From: an uncultured archaeon
Lineage (GTDB): Archaea > Halobacteriota > Archaeoglobi > Archaeoglobales > Archaeoglobaceae
Length of the DNA: 24,000 nt
Direction of reading: 5' to 3'
Assembly: GCA_964498465.1 (NCBI GenBank)
Contig: CAZCHG010000011.1
Location: forward strand, 1 to 24,000
Position 1 is the first letter of the stretch. Each line of letters begins with the position of its first letter. A program made the position numbers and the translations under genes. The notes below the pieces were generated by a model, which worked only from the letters and a program-made list of their open reading frames with translations, was not told where the DNA came from and made no database searches. Below, in pieces: positions 1 through 8,083 of the stretch.

Positions 1-141
1 CGTCATCAGGCCAGGTCAGAGCGACCCTCTGAAGGACAGATAGAGAGGAGGGAATGAAAATGTTTCGAGAAAGTTGCAACCCTCTACAACATCTTCAACA
101 CAATCTAAACAAACCTCCTACTCCCTCCTCCCCTAATTCCT

Positions 142-182
142 CTCCGCCCTGAAGGGCGAAGTTTCCTTAGCGACATTTTGTG
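142..182 (+). repeat. GC-hairpin repeat element, copy A
   Basis: Stem-loop cgccc-tgaa-gggcg (145-158) is followed by the tail aagtttccttagcgacattttgt. By hand it aligns with copy D at about 29 of 40 positions. A C/T-rich tract with several CCTCC motifs (114-149) precedes it. Confidence 0.65.
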
Positions 183-463
183 GTAGTATGCATAATCTGA
201 TGGTTCAACCAAAGTATTCCTATACTGTGTTTTTTCTTTTTGTATCTCCACTATTGCAAAAGAAGCATATCATGCTTGCTATAATATATATGCAATTTAT
301 ACACTTTTTAAAGTTCAAAATATGCGTAAACGCAGTTATTCAAGCTATTCAAATCCATAACTCAGTTAGATTATAGTCAATTTACATTACTATTGGTGAA
401 AATCAGGATTTCAAATTAAAAAAAGGAAATTTCGGTACAAAAGTTTCAATGGTGCAAGAAATT

Positions 464-471
464 TTTAAATA
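464..471 (+). promoter_or_regulatory. Candidate TATA box of the archaellin operon promoter
   Basis: tttaaata lies about 60 nt upstream of the flaB1 ATG, with a purine-rich BRE-like stretch just upstream. This would give a short SD-containing leader (aaggtga at 518-524). A second A/T-rich candidate near 497-505 cannot be excluded. Confidence 0.3.
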
Positions 472-528
472 TTAATCTATCTCTAGAGCTCAATGGAAAA
501 ATAAGAATGACAAGTATAAGGTGATAAA

Positions 529-1167
529 ATGAAAAGTGGAAAAGTGAGCAGAGTTGTGAACAGAATTAAAAAGGATGATAGAGGATTCACGGGCTTAGAG
601 GCTGCGATAATACTAATAGCATTTGTTACAGTAGCGGCAGTATTCAGCTATGTCATACTTGGAGCAGGTTTCTTCACTACGCAGAAGAGTAAAAAGGTCA
701 TTGCCACAGGAGTTAAGCAGGCTAGCAGTTCATTGACACTTGATGGCCAGTACATATATCTCAACTGTAGCACTCCGGGATCAAATGGTAAAGTTGACAA
801 AATATACTTTTATGTAACGCAGACTGCTGGTGGTTCACCAGTTGATCTTAACAAGACATCAATCAAAATAACAACCAGCAAGGGTTACAAACAGCTTTTC
901 TATGACGAAAGTAACTGCATACCAGGTACTGGGGGCTCTAACTGTGCATGGTGGTACGAGTGTATCATCGGTGACGATGATAACGTTGTAGAACTTAATG
1001 AGAAATATAAAATCGTAATAAACGTCACATCAACAGTCTGGAGTAGCGCTATTGGTGAACTAAATCCAAATGAGAAGATTACAATTGAAGTTTGCCCACC
1101 GGTTGGAGCATCATTATCAATAACAAAGACATTGCCACCAAGCTTTACGAACATAACGTATGTTTGA
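529..1167 (+). CDS. flaB: Archaellin (archaeal flagellin) FlaB/ArlB, copy 1
   Basis: Class III (type IV pilin-like) signal: basic leader ...KKDDRG, then FTGLEAAIILIAFVTVAAVFSYVILGAGFF. It shares the C-terminal PPVGAS motif with the next ORF and has several N-x-S/T sequons. SD aaggtga lies upstream of the ATG. Confidence 0.93.
   Translation: MKSGKVSRVVNRIKKDDRGFTGLEAAIILIAFVTVAAVFSYVILGAGFFTTQKSKKVIATGVKQASSSLTLDGQYIYLNCSTPGSNGKVDKIYFYVTQTAGGSPVDLNKTSIKITTSKGYKQLFYDESNCIPGTGGSNCAWWYECIIGDDDNVVELNEKYKIVINVTSTVWSSAIGELNPNEKITIEVCPPVGASLSITKTLPPSFTNITYV
571..675 (+). repeat. 105-bp perfect direct repeat, copy 1 (archaellin N-terminal coding segment)
   Basis: Base-for-base identical to 1198-1302 by direct comparison. 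Flanking codons differ on both sides. Confidence 0.9.
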
Positions 1168-1176
1168 GGTGGTATC

Positions 1177-1794
1177 ATGAAGTGGCTGAATTTTTATAAG
1201 GATGATAGAGGATTCACGGGCTTAGAGGCTGCGATAATACTAATAGCATTTGTTACAGTAGCGGCAGTATTCAGCTATGTCATACTTGGAGCAGGTTTCT
1301 TCGCAACCCAAAAAGGTCAGGAAACCGTGCACACGGGTGTTAAGCAAGCAACAAGCAGCATGGAGCTTATTGGAAGCGTAGTTGCCAGAGGTGACACAAT
1401 TAACAACAAAATTACCAACGTAACGTTTACACTGCAGTTAGCTGCCGGTGGCCAGCCAATTGATCTCAACAAGACTGTAATAACGGTGGTAGTTCCCAAA
1501 ACTGGAAAGATGGGGGAATTTAGGTATAATAAATCCACGACTTCCGCAGCTGATGCAGCGAATGCTTCAGGTGGCTACTATGGTGTCTACTGGGTCTACA
1601 GTTTACAGGGTAACTCACCAGATGATTACCTTGAAGAGTACGAAAAAGCCGAAATACAAGTTGATCTCAGTAATTTTAACATTACACCAAATACGGACTT
1701 CATTGTTGAAATTAAACCACCAGTCGGTGCAAGTTATCCAATGGAGCTCAAAGCTCCACCGACAATCGATAACGTCATGGTGCTCATGAGATAA
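1177..1794 (+). CDS. flaB: Archaellin FlaB/ArlB, copy 2
   Basis: Short leader MKWLNFYKDDRG, then the same FTGLEAAIILIAFV... helix. It has the PPVGAS C-terminal motif and five N-x-S/T sequons. SD gaggtgg sits 9 nt after the flaB1 stop. Confidence 0.93.
   Translation: MKWLNFYKDDRGFTGLEAAIILIAFVTVAAVFSYVILGAGFFATQKGQETVHTGVKQATSSMELIGSVVARGDTINNKITNVTFTLQLAAGGQPIDLNKTVITVVVPKTGKMGEFRYNKSTTSAADAANASGGYYGVYWVYSLQGNSPDDYLEEYEKAEIQVDLSNFNITPNTDFIVEIKPPVGASYPMELKAPPTIDNVMVLMR
1198..1302 (+). repeat. 105-bp perfect direct repeat, copy 2
   Basis: Identical to 571-675. Confidence 0.9.
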
Positions 1795-1819
1795 CTTTAA
1801 AGACCTTTCCTAGTCTCAG

Positions 1820-1834
1820 TTTTTTCTTTTTTTT
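1820..1834 (+). terminator. Oligo-T tract after flaB2 (candidate archaeal intrinsic terminator or attenuator)
   Basis: The sequence tttttt c tttttttt lies 26 nt after the flaB2 stop and just before the SD aaggtgg of the next gene. Oligo-T runs are the known archaeal termination signal. Confidence 0.5.
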
Positions 1835-1847
1835 AAGGTGGCAACTT

Positions 1848-2591
1848 ATGACTAAAGATGTAGAAGTTTTAAACGAAAGCACCGTAAGTGCAAGAACTAA
1901 CACTCTTGAAAGTAGACTTGAGAAGCTTGAGAAGGAAATTAACCTTCTTAAAGGTTCGATAAAAAGATTACTACTCGATATTCGTGAAACTTTGAACAAC
2001 TTAGAAAATCCTTTTCAAAGTCTTGTAAATTCCGTTAAAAGCAGACCTGCCAGGGAATTAATTCAGTCCCAGGCCACTCAGATAGTTTCTGCATCCGCGA
2101 AGGAGGAAGAAGAAAGGGAAAGAAAGATAGAAGAGAAGAAAAAAGTTGAAAAAAAAGATAAAATCCCGAGTACTAAAAGTACTGAAGATGTTAAACGTAT
2201 TGAACCTGAAAAGGAGGTGATAGAAAAGGAAAAGAAGGAGATTGCTGGTGCTAAACCCAAAAAAAGCGTTGCTATAGAAGTTATACCTGAAGTTACAAAG
2301 TTAACAAAGTACGATATAATAACGCTCTACGAGCTCATGGAATGGGTAAAAGAGATGTTGGAAAAGTATGATGCACAATCGCTGAAAACAATGCTTGATG
2401 TGTTCGAAATAGCAGGTCATATTAATGGTGAAGCTAAAAGGTTCATAATGAAGCTCGTGGATCTGGTAAATGTCAAAAACGGATTTGAGGATATGTTACT
2501 TAAATTGTACAGGCTGTACAGAATAATACACTCGAGTGACAGAAGTACAGACTTTAAGCTACTGAACCTACTATTGGAGAAAAGACTGTGA
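1848..2591 (+). CDS. flaD: FlaD/E-like (FlaX-position) coiled-coil archaellum accessory protein
   Basis: N-terminal heptad-like coiled coil and a K/E-rich low-complexity linker. The C-terminal segment YDIITLYELMEWVKEMLEKYDAQSLKTMLDVFEIAGHINGEAKRF resembles the FlaD/E domain pattern (L..WLEFL....G......L.YY..IGWI). It sits between the archaellins and flaG, as in fla2-type clusters. Confidence 0.65.
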   Translation: MTKDVEVLNESTVSARTNTLESRLEKLEKEINLLKGSIKRLLLDIRETLNNLENPFQSLVNSVKSRPARELIQSQATQIVSASAKEEEERERKIEEKKKVEKKDKIPSTKSTEDVKRIEPEKEVIEKEKKEIAGAKPKKSVAIEVIPEVTKLTKYDIITLYELMEWVKEMLEKYDAQSLKTMLDVFEIAGHINGEAKRFIMKLVDLVNVKNGFEDMLLKLYRLYRIIHSSDRSTDFKLLNLLLEKRL

Positions 2592-2604
2592 ATGAGAAAT
2601 AAAA

Positions 2605-3084
2605 ATGTCAAGGGAAGTTATATCGATATCAATATTGCTTATTGCTACTGTAGTGGCAGTTTCTGTCATGGTTATGGCAATAATACCAACTATTAGAGAT
2701 CTTGCACACACGTACAGTTCTGTAGCTGAAAATTTGAACGAAAAAGTAAAAACAAACATAAAGATTATTTTCATCAAGGCTGTTCAGAATGGGACGGCCG
2801 TTGATGTTTATTTCTGGGTTAAAAACACTGGTGAGACAAAAATAAATTTCGACTTGATTGCAAGAAGTGATATATTCATAACTTCAACAAGTGTTTTCCT
2901 ACATTTCACCGCAGGTGATAGTTCAGTTAGTTACATAATAGAGAATGGTGATGGTGATAACTACTGGGAAAAAAGCGAAACTCTTCGCTTCAATGTTACA
3001 GGCTTATCACTCTCATCCGATGAATATACACTCACATTTGTGCTTTACAATGGTGTAAAAGCAAGTAATTGTTTCTCGTGGTGA
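2605..3084 (+). CDS. flaG: Archaellum protein FlaG/ArlG
   Basis: About 160 aa with a single N-terminal hydrophobic helix (ISISILLIATVVAVSVMVMAII) and a beta-rich remainder. Its position before flaF fits the fla2 order. The G versus F assignment rests on position and N-terminal style. Confidence 0.7.
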   Translation: MSREVISISILLIATVVAVSVMVMAIIPTIRDLAHTYSSVAENLNEKVKTNIKIIFIKAVQNGTAVDVYFWVKNTGETKINFDLIARSDIFITSTSVFLHFTAGDSSVSYIIENGDGDNYWEKSETLRFNVTGLSLSSDEYTLTFVLYNGVKASNCFSW

Positions 3085-3088
3085 TAAT

Positions 3089-3559
3089 ATGGGCTTTGAG
3101 ACAATTGTTGCGGCAATAATAGTCACTGCTGTAATATTGGCTATGGTTTACATGTTCATAAGTGGAACGATATCAATTGCTAAGACTTCAGTTGAGAGTT
3201 ATAGGAATATTGCGTATTCAACTGTAAAACAATTGCAGACGAATATAGACATCATAAATGTCTCATACAATAGTCCAGTACTGACAGCCTACTTCAAGAA
3301 CACGGGTGAGGTTAGTTTTCCAGACTTTAGTAGATTTGATGTATTCATTTATGGGAGAACTGAAACTGGATCAACAATCGCGGATTATATGAAAAACGCA
3401 AAGTACACAATCACTAAGGAGCTGATAAACCCTGGTATATTCGATCCACATGAAACTGCCAAGCTACAGCTTAGTCTGCAGCTAGATAATGGCACTTATG
3501 TACTTGTGATTTGTACTTCAAATGCTGTTTGCGATAGTGCTGAGTTTAGTGTATACTAG
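3089..3559 (+). CDS. flaF: Archaellum protein FlaF/ArlF
   Basis: It starts MGFETIVAAIIVTAVILAMV, matching the MGF(S)... N-terminus I recall for FlaF proteins. About 156 aa, one N-terminal TM helix, SD ggtgat upstream. Confidence 0.7.
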   Translation: MGFETIVAAIIVTAVILAMVYMFISGTISIAKTSVESYRNIAYSTVKQLQTNIDIINVSYNSPVLTAYFKNTGEVSFPDFSRFDVFIYGRTETGSTIADYMKNAKYTITKELINPGIFDPHETAKLQLSLQLDNGTYVLVICTSNAVCDSAEFSVY

Positions 3560-3573
3560 AAAAGGTGGTGGAT

Positions 3574-4308
3574 ATGATTAAGAATTTAAAGGAGCTTGAA
3601 AAAGAAAAAGAGAAAGGCATCTTATCGAGCGGTAACTTTGAGATAGATAAACGCTTGGGTGGCGGAATTCCACTTGGATCGCTAACACTAATTGAAGGTG
3701 AAAACGACACTGGTAAGAGTGTAATGTGTCAGCAGTTCACCTACGGAGGCTTAATGCAAGGGCACCGTATAGCGTATTACACAACAGAGAACACGATAAA
3801 GAGTTTACTAAATCAAATGAAATTACTGAGCTTAGATGTATCAGACTTCTATGCATGGGGTTATCTGCGAATATTTCCAGTTCATCTAGAAGGTATGGAG
3901 TGGAGTGCAGAGCAAATGAAAAATATTCTAAACCTTGTTGCAAGTCATATAAAGTCAATAAGGGAGAATATAATTATAATTGATTCACTGACGATGTTCG
4001 CAACATATTCAACGGAGAATATTATTCTAGAGTTTTTAACGAAGCTAAAAAAACTCTGTGACAACGGAAAGACAATATTAATGACGCTGCATAAACATGC
4101 ATTTAAGAGGGATGTACTTGTTAGAATGCGTTCAGCCTGCGACTGCCATCTTCTTCTTAGAAAAGAGCAAATTGGAGATAGATTCGTTAGTGTCCTTGAA
4201 GTTTCGAAAATACGTGGAGCAAAAAAGACTACGGGGAATATAGTGAGCTTCGAAGTGAATCCCAGCTTTGGGCTGAAGATAATACCAATATCGCACGCAC
4301 GGGCATAA
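3574..4308 (+). CDS. flaH: Archaellum ATP-binding protein FlaH/ArlH (KaiC/RecA-like)
   Basis: Walker A GENDTGKS, Walker B-like IIIIDSL, about 245 aa, position before flaI. I prefer the ATG at 3574 with SD aaggtgg. The ORF track starts three codons earlier at GTG 3565. Confidence 0.9.
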   Translation: MIKNLKELEKEKEKGILSSGNFEIDKRLGGGIPLGSLTLIEGENDTGKSVMCQQFTYGGLMQGHRIAYYTTENTIKSLLNQMKLLSLDVSDFYAWGYLRIFPVHLEGMEWSAEQMKNILNLVASHIKSIRENIIIIDSLTMFATYSTENIILEFLTKLKKLCDNGKTILMTLHKHAFKRDVLVRMRSACDCHLLLRKEQIGDRFVSVLEVSKIRGAKKTTGNIVSFEVNPSFGLKIIPISHARA

Positions 4309-4332
4309 AAATTTATTTCATCATCTACAATA

Positions 4333-6207
4333 ATGGGGGACTTTACAAGTAAGGTTGACTTCGGTTACAAATCGAAAGGATTGAAGCAAGAAGTTATAGT
4401 CAACTTTCCGTTCAAGCCAAAGCAGATTGTAGGAGAGTATAACCATGCAAATCTAAGGAAATGTGGCATATACAAATTGCTGCCAGAGAAAATGAAGAAG
4501 GAGGTTGAGAAGAACCCACACTTGCTTGAATATCTTCATATTCTTCCTATCGAAAAAATTGGAATTCCAAAATTTGTATCAAAACTCGATAGAAAAAAGC
4601 AAGGTGTTCTAGAGAATCCAAATTTAATATATCCAGTAGATGGAAGCATTTACATCCATATATACCCAAACAAAAATGATGTTAGGAATTACTACATTCC
4701 TATTGAGCCAACATTACTAACAGGTGTAGATGAGCTACTCAAAGAGGTCGAAATAAGACTTGTAGACTATATAGCAAACGTCGATTTTGATCCAGAGGAT
4801 AACAAAGAAAAGGCTAAAATATTAAAGGAGGCTCTTCAAGAACTTTGTGAGATAGTAGATGGTAAGGAGTCAATTATCGCAAATACAGAGGCACGGTTCG
4901 ACTTAGCATCTAAGCCAAGATTTAACCTTGGCTTTAGTTTCATCGGCAAAAATGGTAAAAAGTCTAAGAAACTCAAAGTTACCCTGCAACAGTACAAAGC
5001 ACTAGAGTATGCTTTAATCAGAGATAAGGTTGGTTTAGGTATTCTAGAGCCGTACATAAAAGATAAATACATCGAGGATATTTCATGCAGTGGTTTAGGA
5101 CCAATATTCATTGAACATAAGATTTTTGGAGGACTTAAGAGTGTTATAGAGTTTCATGATGAGGAGGCACTGAATAGGTTCATAGTTAAGTTCGCTGAGA
5201 GAATAGGAAAACCTGTAACATATAAAGATCCAATCATCGACGCAACATTACCAGATGGAAGTAGAATTAACATTGTTTATGGCAATGATATTAGTAAGAA
5301 TGGAAGTAACTTCACAATCAGAAAGTTCAACGAGACACCATTTAGCATTCTGCAGTTGATAGAATTTGGTACTCTTGATTACATGATTGCGGGTTATCTC
5401 TGGTTACTGATAAGTGAAGGTATGTGTGGATTTATATGCGGTGAAACTGCCAGTGGTAAAACTACGCTTCTAAATGCAATAACTGCTTTTATACGTCCTG
5501 AAGCTAAGATAGTTTCCATCGAGGATACACCAGAGCTACAGATTCCACACGAAAACTGGACTCGTGAAGTTACAAGAGGTAGTACAAGAGGCAAAAATCT
5601 AGGGGAGGGTAGTGGAAGTGAGATTACAATGTTTGACCTATTAAAAGCGGCGCTACGACAGAGACCAAATTATATACTCATTGGTGAGATTAGAGGTGTT
5701 GAGGGTAATATTGCGTTCCAAGCTATGCAGACTGGACATCCAGTCATGTCTACTTTCCATGCAGCAACGGTTGAAAAACTGATTCAGAGGCTTACAACAG
5801 AACCAATAAACGTGCCAAAAACGTTCATAGATAACTTAAACTTCGTAGTTATTCAGAGCGCTATTCGCAGACCCGATGGAAAGCTTGTAAGGCGTGTTTT
5901 AAGTGTGGCAGAAATAATCGGATACGACTCACAAAAAGATGGTGTTTCCTTTGTTGAAGTCTTCCAGTGGGATCCAGCAACCGATACACACATCTTCACA
6001 GGTTACGGCAGTTCCTATCTACTTGAGCAGAAAATAGCTACTCGCCTTGGTATACCGCCGAATAAGAAGAAACTGATATACAAAGAAGTCGAAAAGAGAG
6101 CTAAGATTCTGAAAAATCTGCATAAGCAGGGTATTACAGATTTCTACGAGTTCTTTAAAGCTATATCAAAAATATACAAGAGTGGATTACTAAGCATTAA
6201 GGTATAA
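4333..6207 (+). CDS. flaI: Archaellum motor ATPase FlaI/ArlI (type II/IV secretion ATPase superfamily)
   Basis: Walker A GETASGKTT, RPNYILIGEIRG (Walker B/Asp box), QTGHPVMSTFHA (His box), and an N-terminal NPHLLEYL motif typical of FlaI. Confidence 0.95.
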   Translation: MGDFTSKVDFGYKSKGLKQEVIVNFPFKPKQIVGEYNHANLRKCGIYKLLPEKMKKEVEKNPHLLEYLHILPIEKIGIPKFVSKLDRKKQGVLENPNLIYPVDGSIYIHIYPNKNDVRNYYIPIEPTLLTGVDELLKEVEIRLVDYIANVDFDPEDNKEKAKILKEALQELCEIVDGKESIIANTEARFDLASKPRFNLGFSFIGKNGKKSKKLKVTLQQYKALEYALIRDKVGLGILEPYIKDKYIEDISCSGLGPIFIEHKIFGGLKSVIEFHDEEALNRFIVKFAERIGKPVTYKDPIIDATLPDGSRINIVYGNDISKNGSNFTIRKFNETPFSILQLIEFGTLDYMIAGYLWLLISEGMCGFICGETASGKTTLLNAITAFIRPEAKIVSIEDTPELQIPHENWTREVTRGSTRGKNLGEGSGSEITMFDLLKAALRQRPNYILIGEIRGVEGNIAFQAMQTGHPVMSTFHAATVEKLIQRLTTEPINVPKTFIDNLNFVVIQSAIRRPDGKLVRRVLSVAEIIGYDSQKDGVSFVEVFQWDPATDTHIFTGYGSSYLLEQKIATRLGIPPNKKKLIYKEVEKRAKILKNLHKQGITDFYEFFKAISKIYKSGLLSIKV

Positions 6208-6211
6208 GTCT

Positions 6212-7837
6212 ATGAAATTTCAAACAGCTAAACTTCCGAAATTCTCATTTCGATTCAATTTCGAAAAAAGAAGAGGAAGTATACTTAAAAAGCTCAAAGA
6301 GAAAAAGGAAGAACTCTTAATGGATAATGATCTGCTTTTCATGCTCACATACATGGCTTCTTTATCAACAGCTCAACTGAGCAGGGATAAAATATTCGAG
6401 ATGGTTGCCAAAAAGAAAGAATACGTACCAAGCAAGTACTTCAAGAAAATAAGAGATCTAACACAAAAATGGCACTACGATTATGCAACAGCCTGCAATT
6501 TGATTGCTGAAAAAGTTAAACACGGGAGGTTAAAAAACCTTCTAAATAGACTTTCAAATGCGATAGCGGCAGGAGAGCCAGATAAGGAATTTCTAGAAAA
6601 AGAATGGAAAACCTTTAAGACTGTCAGGAAAGATGAATACAAGAGAGCACTTGAAAGTCTGAGAAAGTGGACTGATGCATACGTCTCTATAATGGTTTCA
6701 GCATCACTAATCTCAATAGTTGTGTTACTTTCTGTTATAATTTACAGCTTAGGCAATCCTGCTCAAATTTTTCTTGTGGCAGCGATCGGAAACTTAGTTA
6801 CATGTGGATTTGGGGTTAGTATGCTTTTTAAAGCTGCTCCAAAGGATAGAAAGGTTCACGATTTTCATATAAAGTCAAAAGAACAAAGAATCATTTTAAA
6901 ATTACAGCTATTGTTGGTCCCTATTGCAGCACTACTACTTATTATGCTCGTAATAACACCAACCGTCTTTAATTTGAACTCAAAACTGGCTGGAATCGAC
7001 ATAAGAGGATTAGGAATGATATTGGCTGGTATAATATTGCTGCCAATAGCTATACTCGGAAAGAAAGATGACATTAACATTAGCGCTAGAGATGAAGTAT
7101 TTACAACATTCATAAGGAGTTTAGGTGCGATAAAGTCTGATAGTGGCGTACCTATGGTTGAAGCTCTGCGCAGAATCGATCAAAAAAACCTGGGAGCACT
7201 CAAAGATCTCGTACTGCAACTCTACAGAAGACTTTCACTTGGCTTGAACCCAAAGCTGTGTTGGGAAAGGTTTACTGGTGAAAGTGGAAGTTATCTTATC
7301 CACAAACTTACAGGCATATTCGTCGACGCCATCGATCTTGGAGGGGATGCAAACGTAGTTGGTGAGATTGTTAGCTCCTCAAACCTTGAAATGGTATTGC
7401 TAAGGTTGAAAAGAGATTTAATATCCTCTGGTTTCATAAATCTCCTAATACCTCTTCATATCTCCATGGTTGGGCTTATCCTTTTCATAACACAACTCAT
7501 GGACATCTTTACGAACAATATTCTAATGATATTCACTACTCAGTTATCAGGGGCTGGAAGTATAACTGATGTCGTATCAAAACTTCCTGGTGGTTTACAG
7601 GGTTTGAATATTGGTATGTTCAGCAGCATACCAACTGGTCTTCTTAATCAATATGCTGTAGCTCTTATATTATCTATAACACTCGCAAACTCGTTTGCGG
7701 CAAACATAGTAAAGGGTAGTGGGAGTTACATGTACGTATACTTTGCTTGCATCTTCATGATACTTTCTGGTCTTCTGTTGATATTAGTTCCACCTCTCGT
7801 TAACTGGATGTTTAGTTTACCATCATTTGTAGGATGA
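6212..7837 (+). CDS. flaJ: Archaellum polytopic membrane platform protein FlaJ/ArlJ (GspF/PilC-like)
   Basis: 541 aa with many hydrophobic helices separated by cytoplasmic helical domains. It lies immediately after flaI (4-nt gap). Confidence 0.9.
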   Translation: MKFQTAKLPKFSFRFNFEKRRGSILKKLKEKKEELLMDNDLLFMLTYMASLSTAQLSRDKIFEMVAKKKEYVPSKYFKKIRDLTQKWHYDYATACNLIAEKVKHGRLKNLLNRLSNAIAAGEPDKEFLEKEWKTFKTVRKDEYKRALESLRKWTDAYVSIMVSASLISIVVLLSVIIYSLGNPAQIFLVAAIGNLVTCGFGVSMLFKAAPKDRKVHDFHIKSKEQRIILKLQLLLVPIAALLLIMLVITPTVFNLNSKLAGIDIRGLGMILAGIILLPIAILGKKDDINISARDEVFTTFIRSLGAIKSDSGVPMVEALRRIDQKNLGALKDLVLQLYRRLSLGLNPKLCWERFTGESGSYLIHKLTGIFVDAIDLGGDANVVGEIVSSSNLEMVLLRLKRDLISSGFINLLIPLHISMVGLILFITQLMDIFTNNILMIFTTQLSGAGSITDVVSKLPGGLQGLNIGMFSSIPTGLLNQYAVALILSITLANSFAANIVKGSGSYMYVYFACIFMILSGLLLILVPPLVNWMFSLPSFVG

Positions 7838-8083
7838 TGACACAAAACTTGTTTGAATAACGCCGTATTCCAATTACGCTCTGCGGTTGTATAAATATGT
7901 CCGGCGGAAATACGAATTTAAGTGGCTTAAAAATGATTTAAACAATCTTGTGAAAGAATCTCCCAAAAAATGCAACTTCTAAGCAACTAAAGCTTTTTCT
8001 AAGAAGATAGTTTTCAAGGTGAGTGTGAATCAATTGTAAAATGTAATAGCCAAAAAATTTGAAAAAACAAAAGGAGGTGGTTG

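Noticed and set aside
1-60. Resemblance of caggccaggtcagagcgaccctctgaaggacag to the SRP RNA helix 8 region (the 9-mer ccaggtcag and gaagga...cag recall bacterial 4.5S / archaeal 7S RNA)
   Set aside because: The flanks do not fold into a helix 8-like stem with a GNAR tetraloop and symmetric AGCA/GGAA-type loops. The similarity is a short word match only, and the left edge of the window truncates the region.
114-149. G-quadruplex/i-motif potential of the C-rich tracts (also 8758-8777)
   Set aside because: Neither tract has four runs of three or more C (G on the minus strand) within a compact span, so at best only two-tetrad structures could form.
188-376. 62-aa ORF upstream of flaB1
   Set aside because: It has no SD and a hydrophobic/low-complexity translation, and it lies in the AT-rich promoter region of the archaellin operon. 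It is probably non-coding. The 12-bp palindrome tgcgtaaacgca at 323-334 within it is too short to call a regulator site on its own.
900-1178. Antisense or alternative-frame ORFs inside well-supported genes. Examples: 900-1178(-), 1317-1538(-), 1553-1789(+), 1784-1999(-), 2078-2260(-), 2417-2777(-), 3726-3983(+), 3737-3958(-), 4836-5111(-), 5394-5594(-), 6865-7113(-), 8149-8451(-), 9542-9724(-) and 12936-13184(+). Further examples: 14265-14450(-), 15345-15560(+), 16188-16472(+), 17047-17301(+), 17473-17940(+), 18923-19132(+), 19110-19325(+), 19671-19856(-), 20828-21049(-), 21397-21708(-) and 22354-22683(-).
   Set aside because: Each lies wholly within, or opposite to, a longer ORF with clear family motifs. 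Their translations are low-complexity S/L/F/I-rich shadows typical of AT-rich coding DNA, and none has a convincing SD.
7834-7842. Box C-like atgatga at the flaJ stop as the start of a C/D box sRNA
   Set aside because: No CUGA box D or D' occurs in the following 100 nt and no terminal stem can form. The motif is explained by the tandem tga tga stop region.
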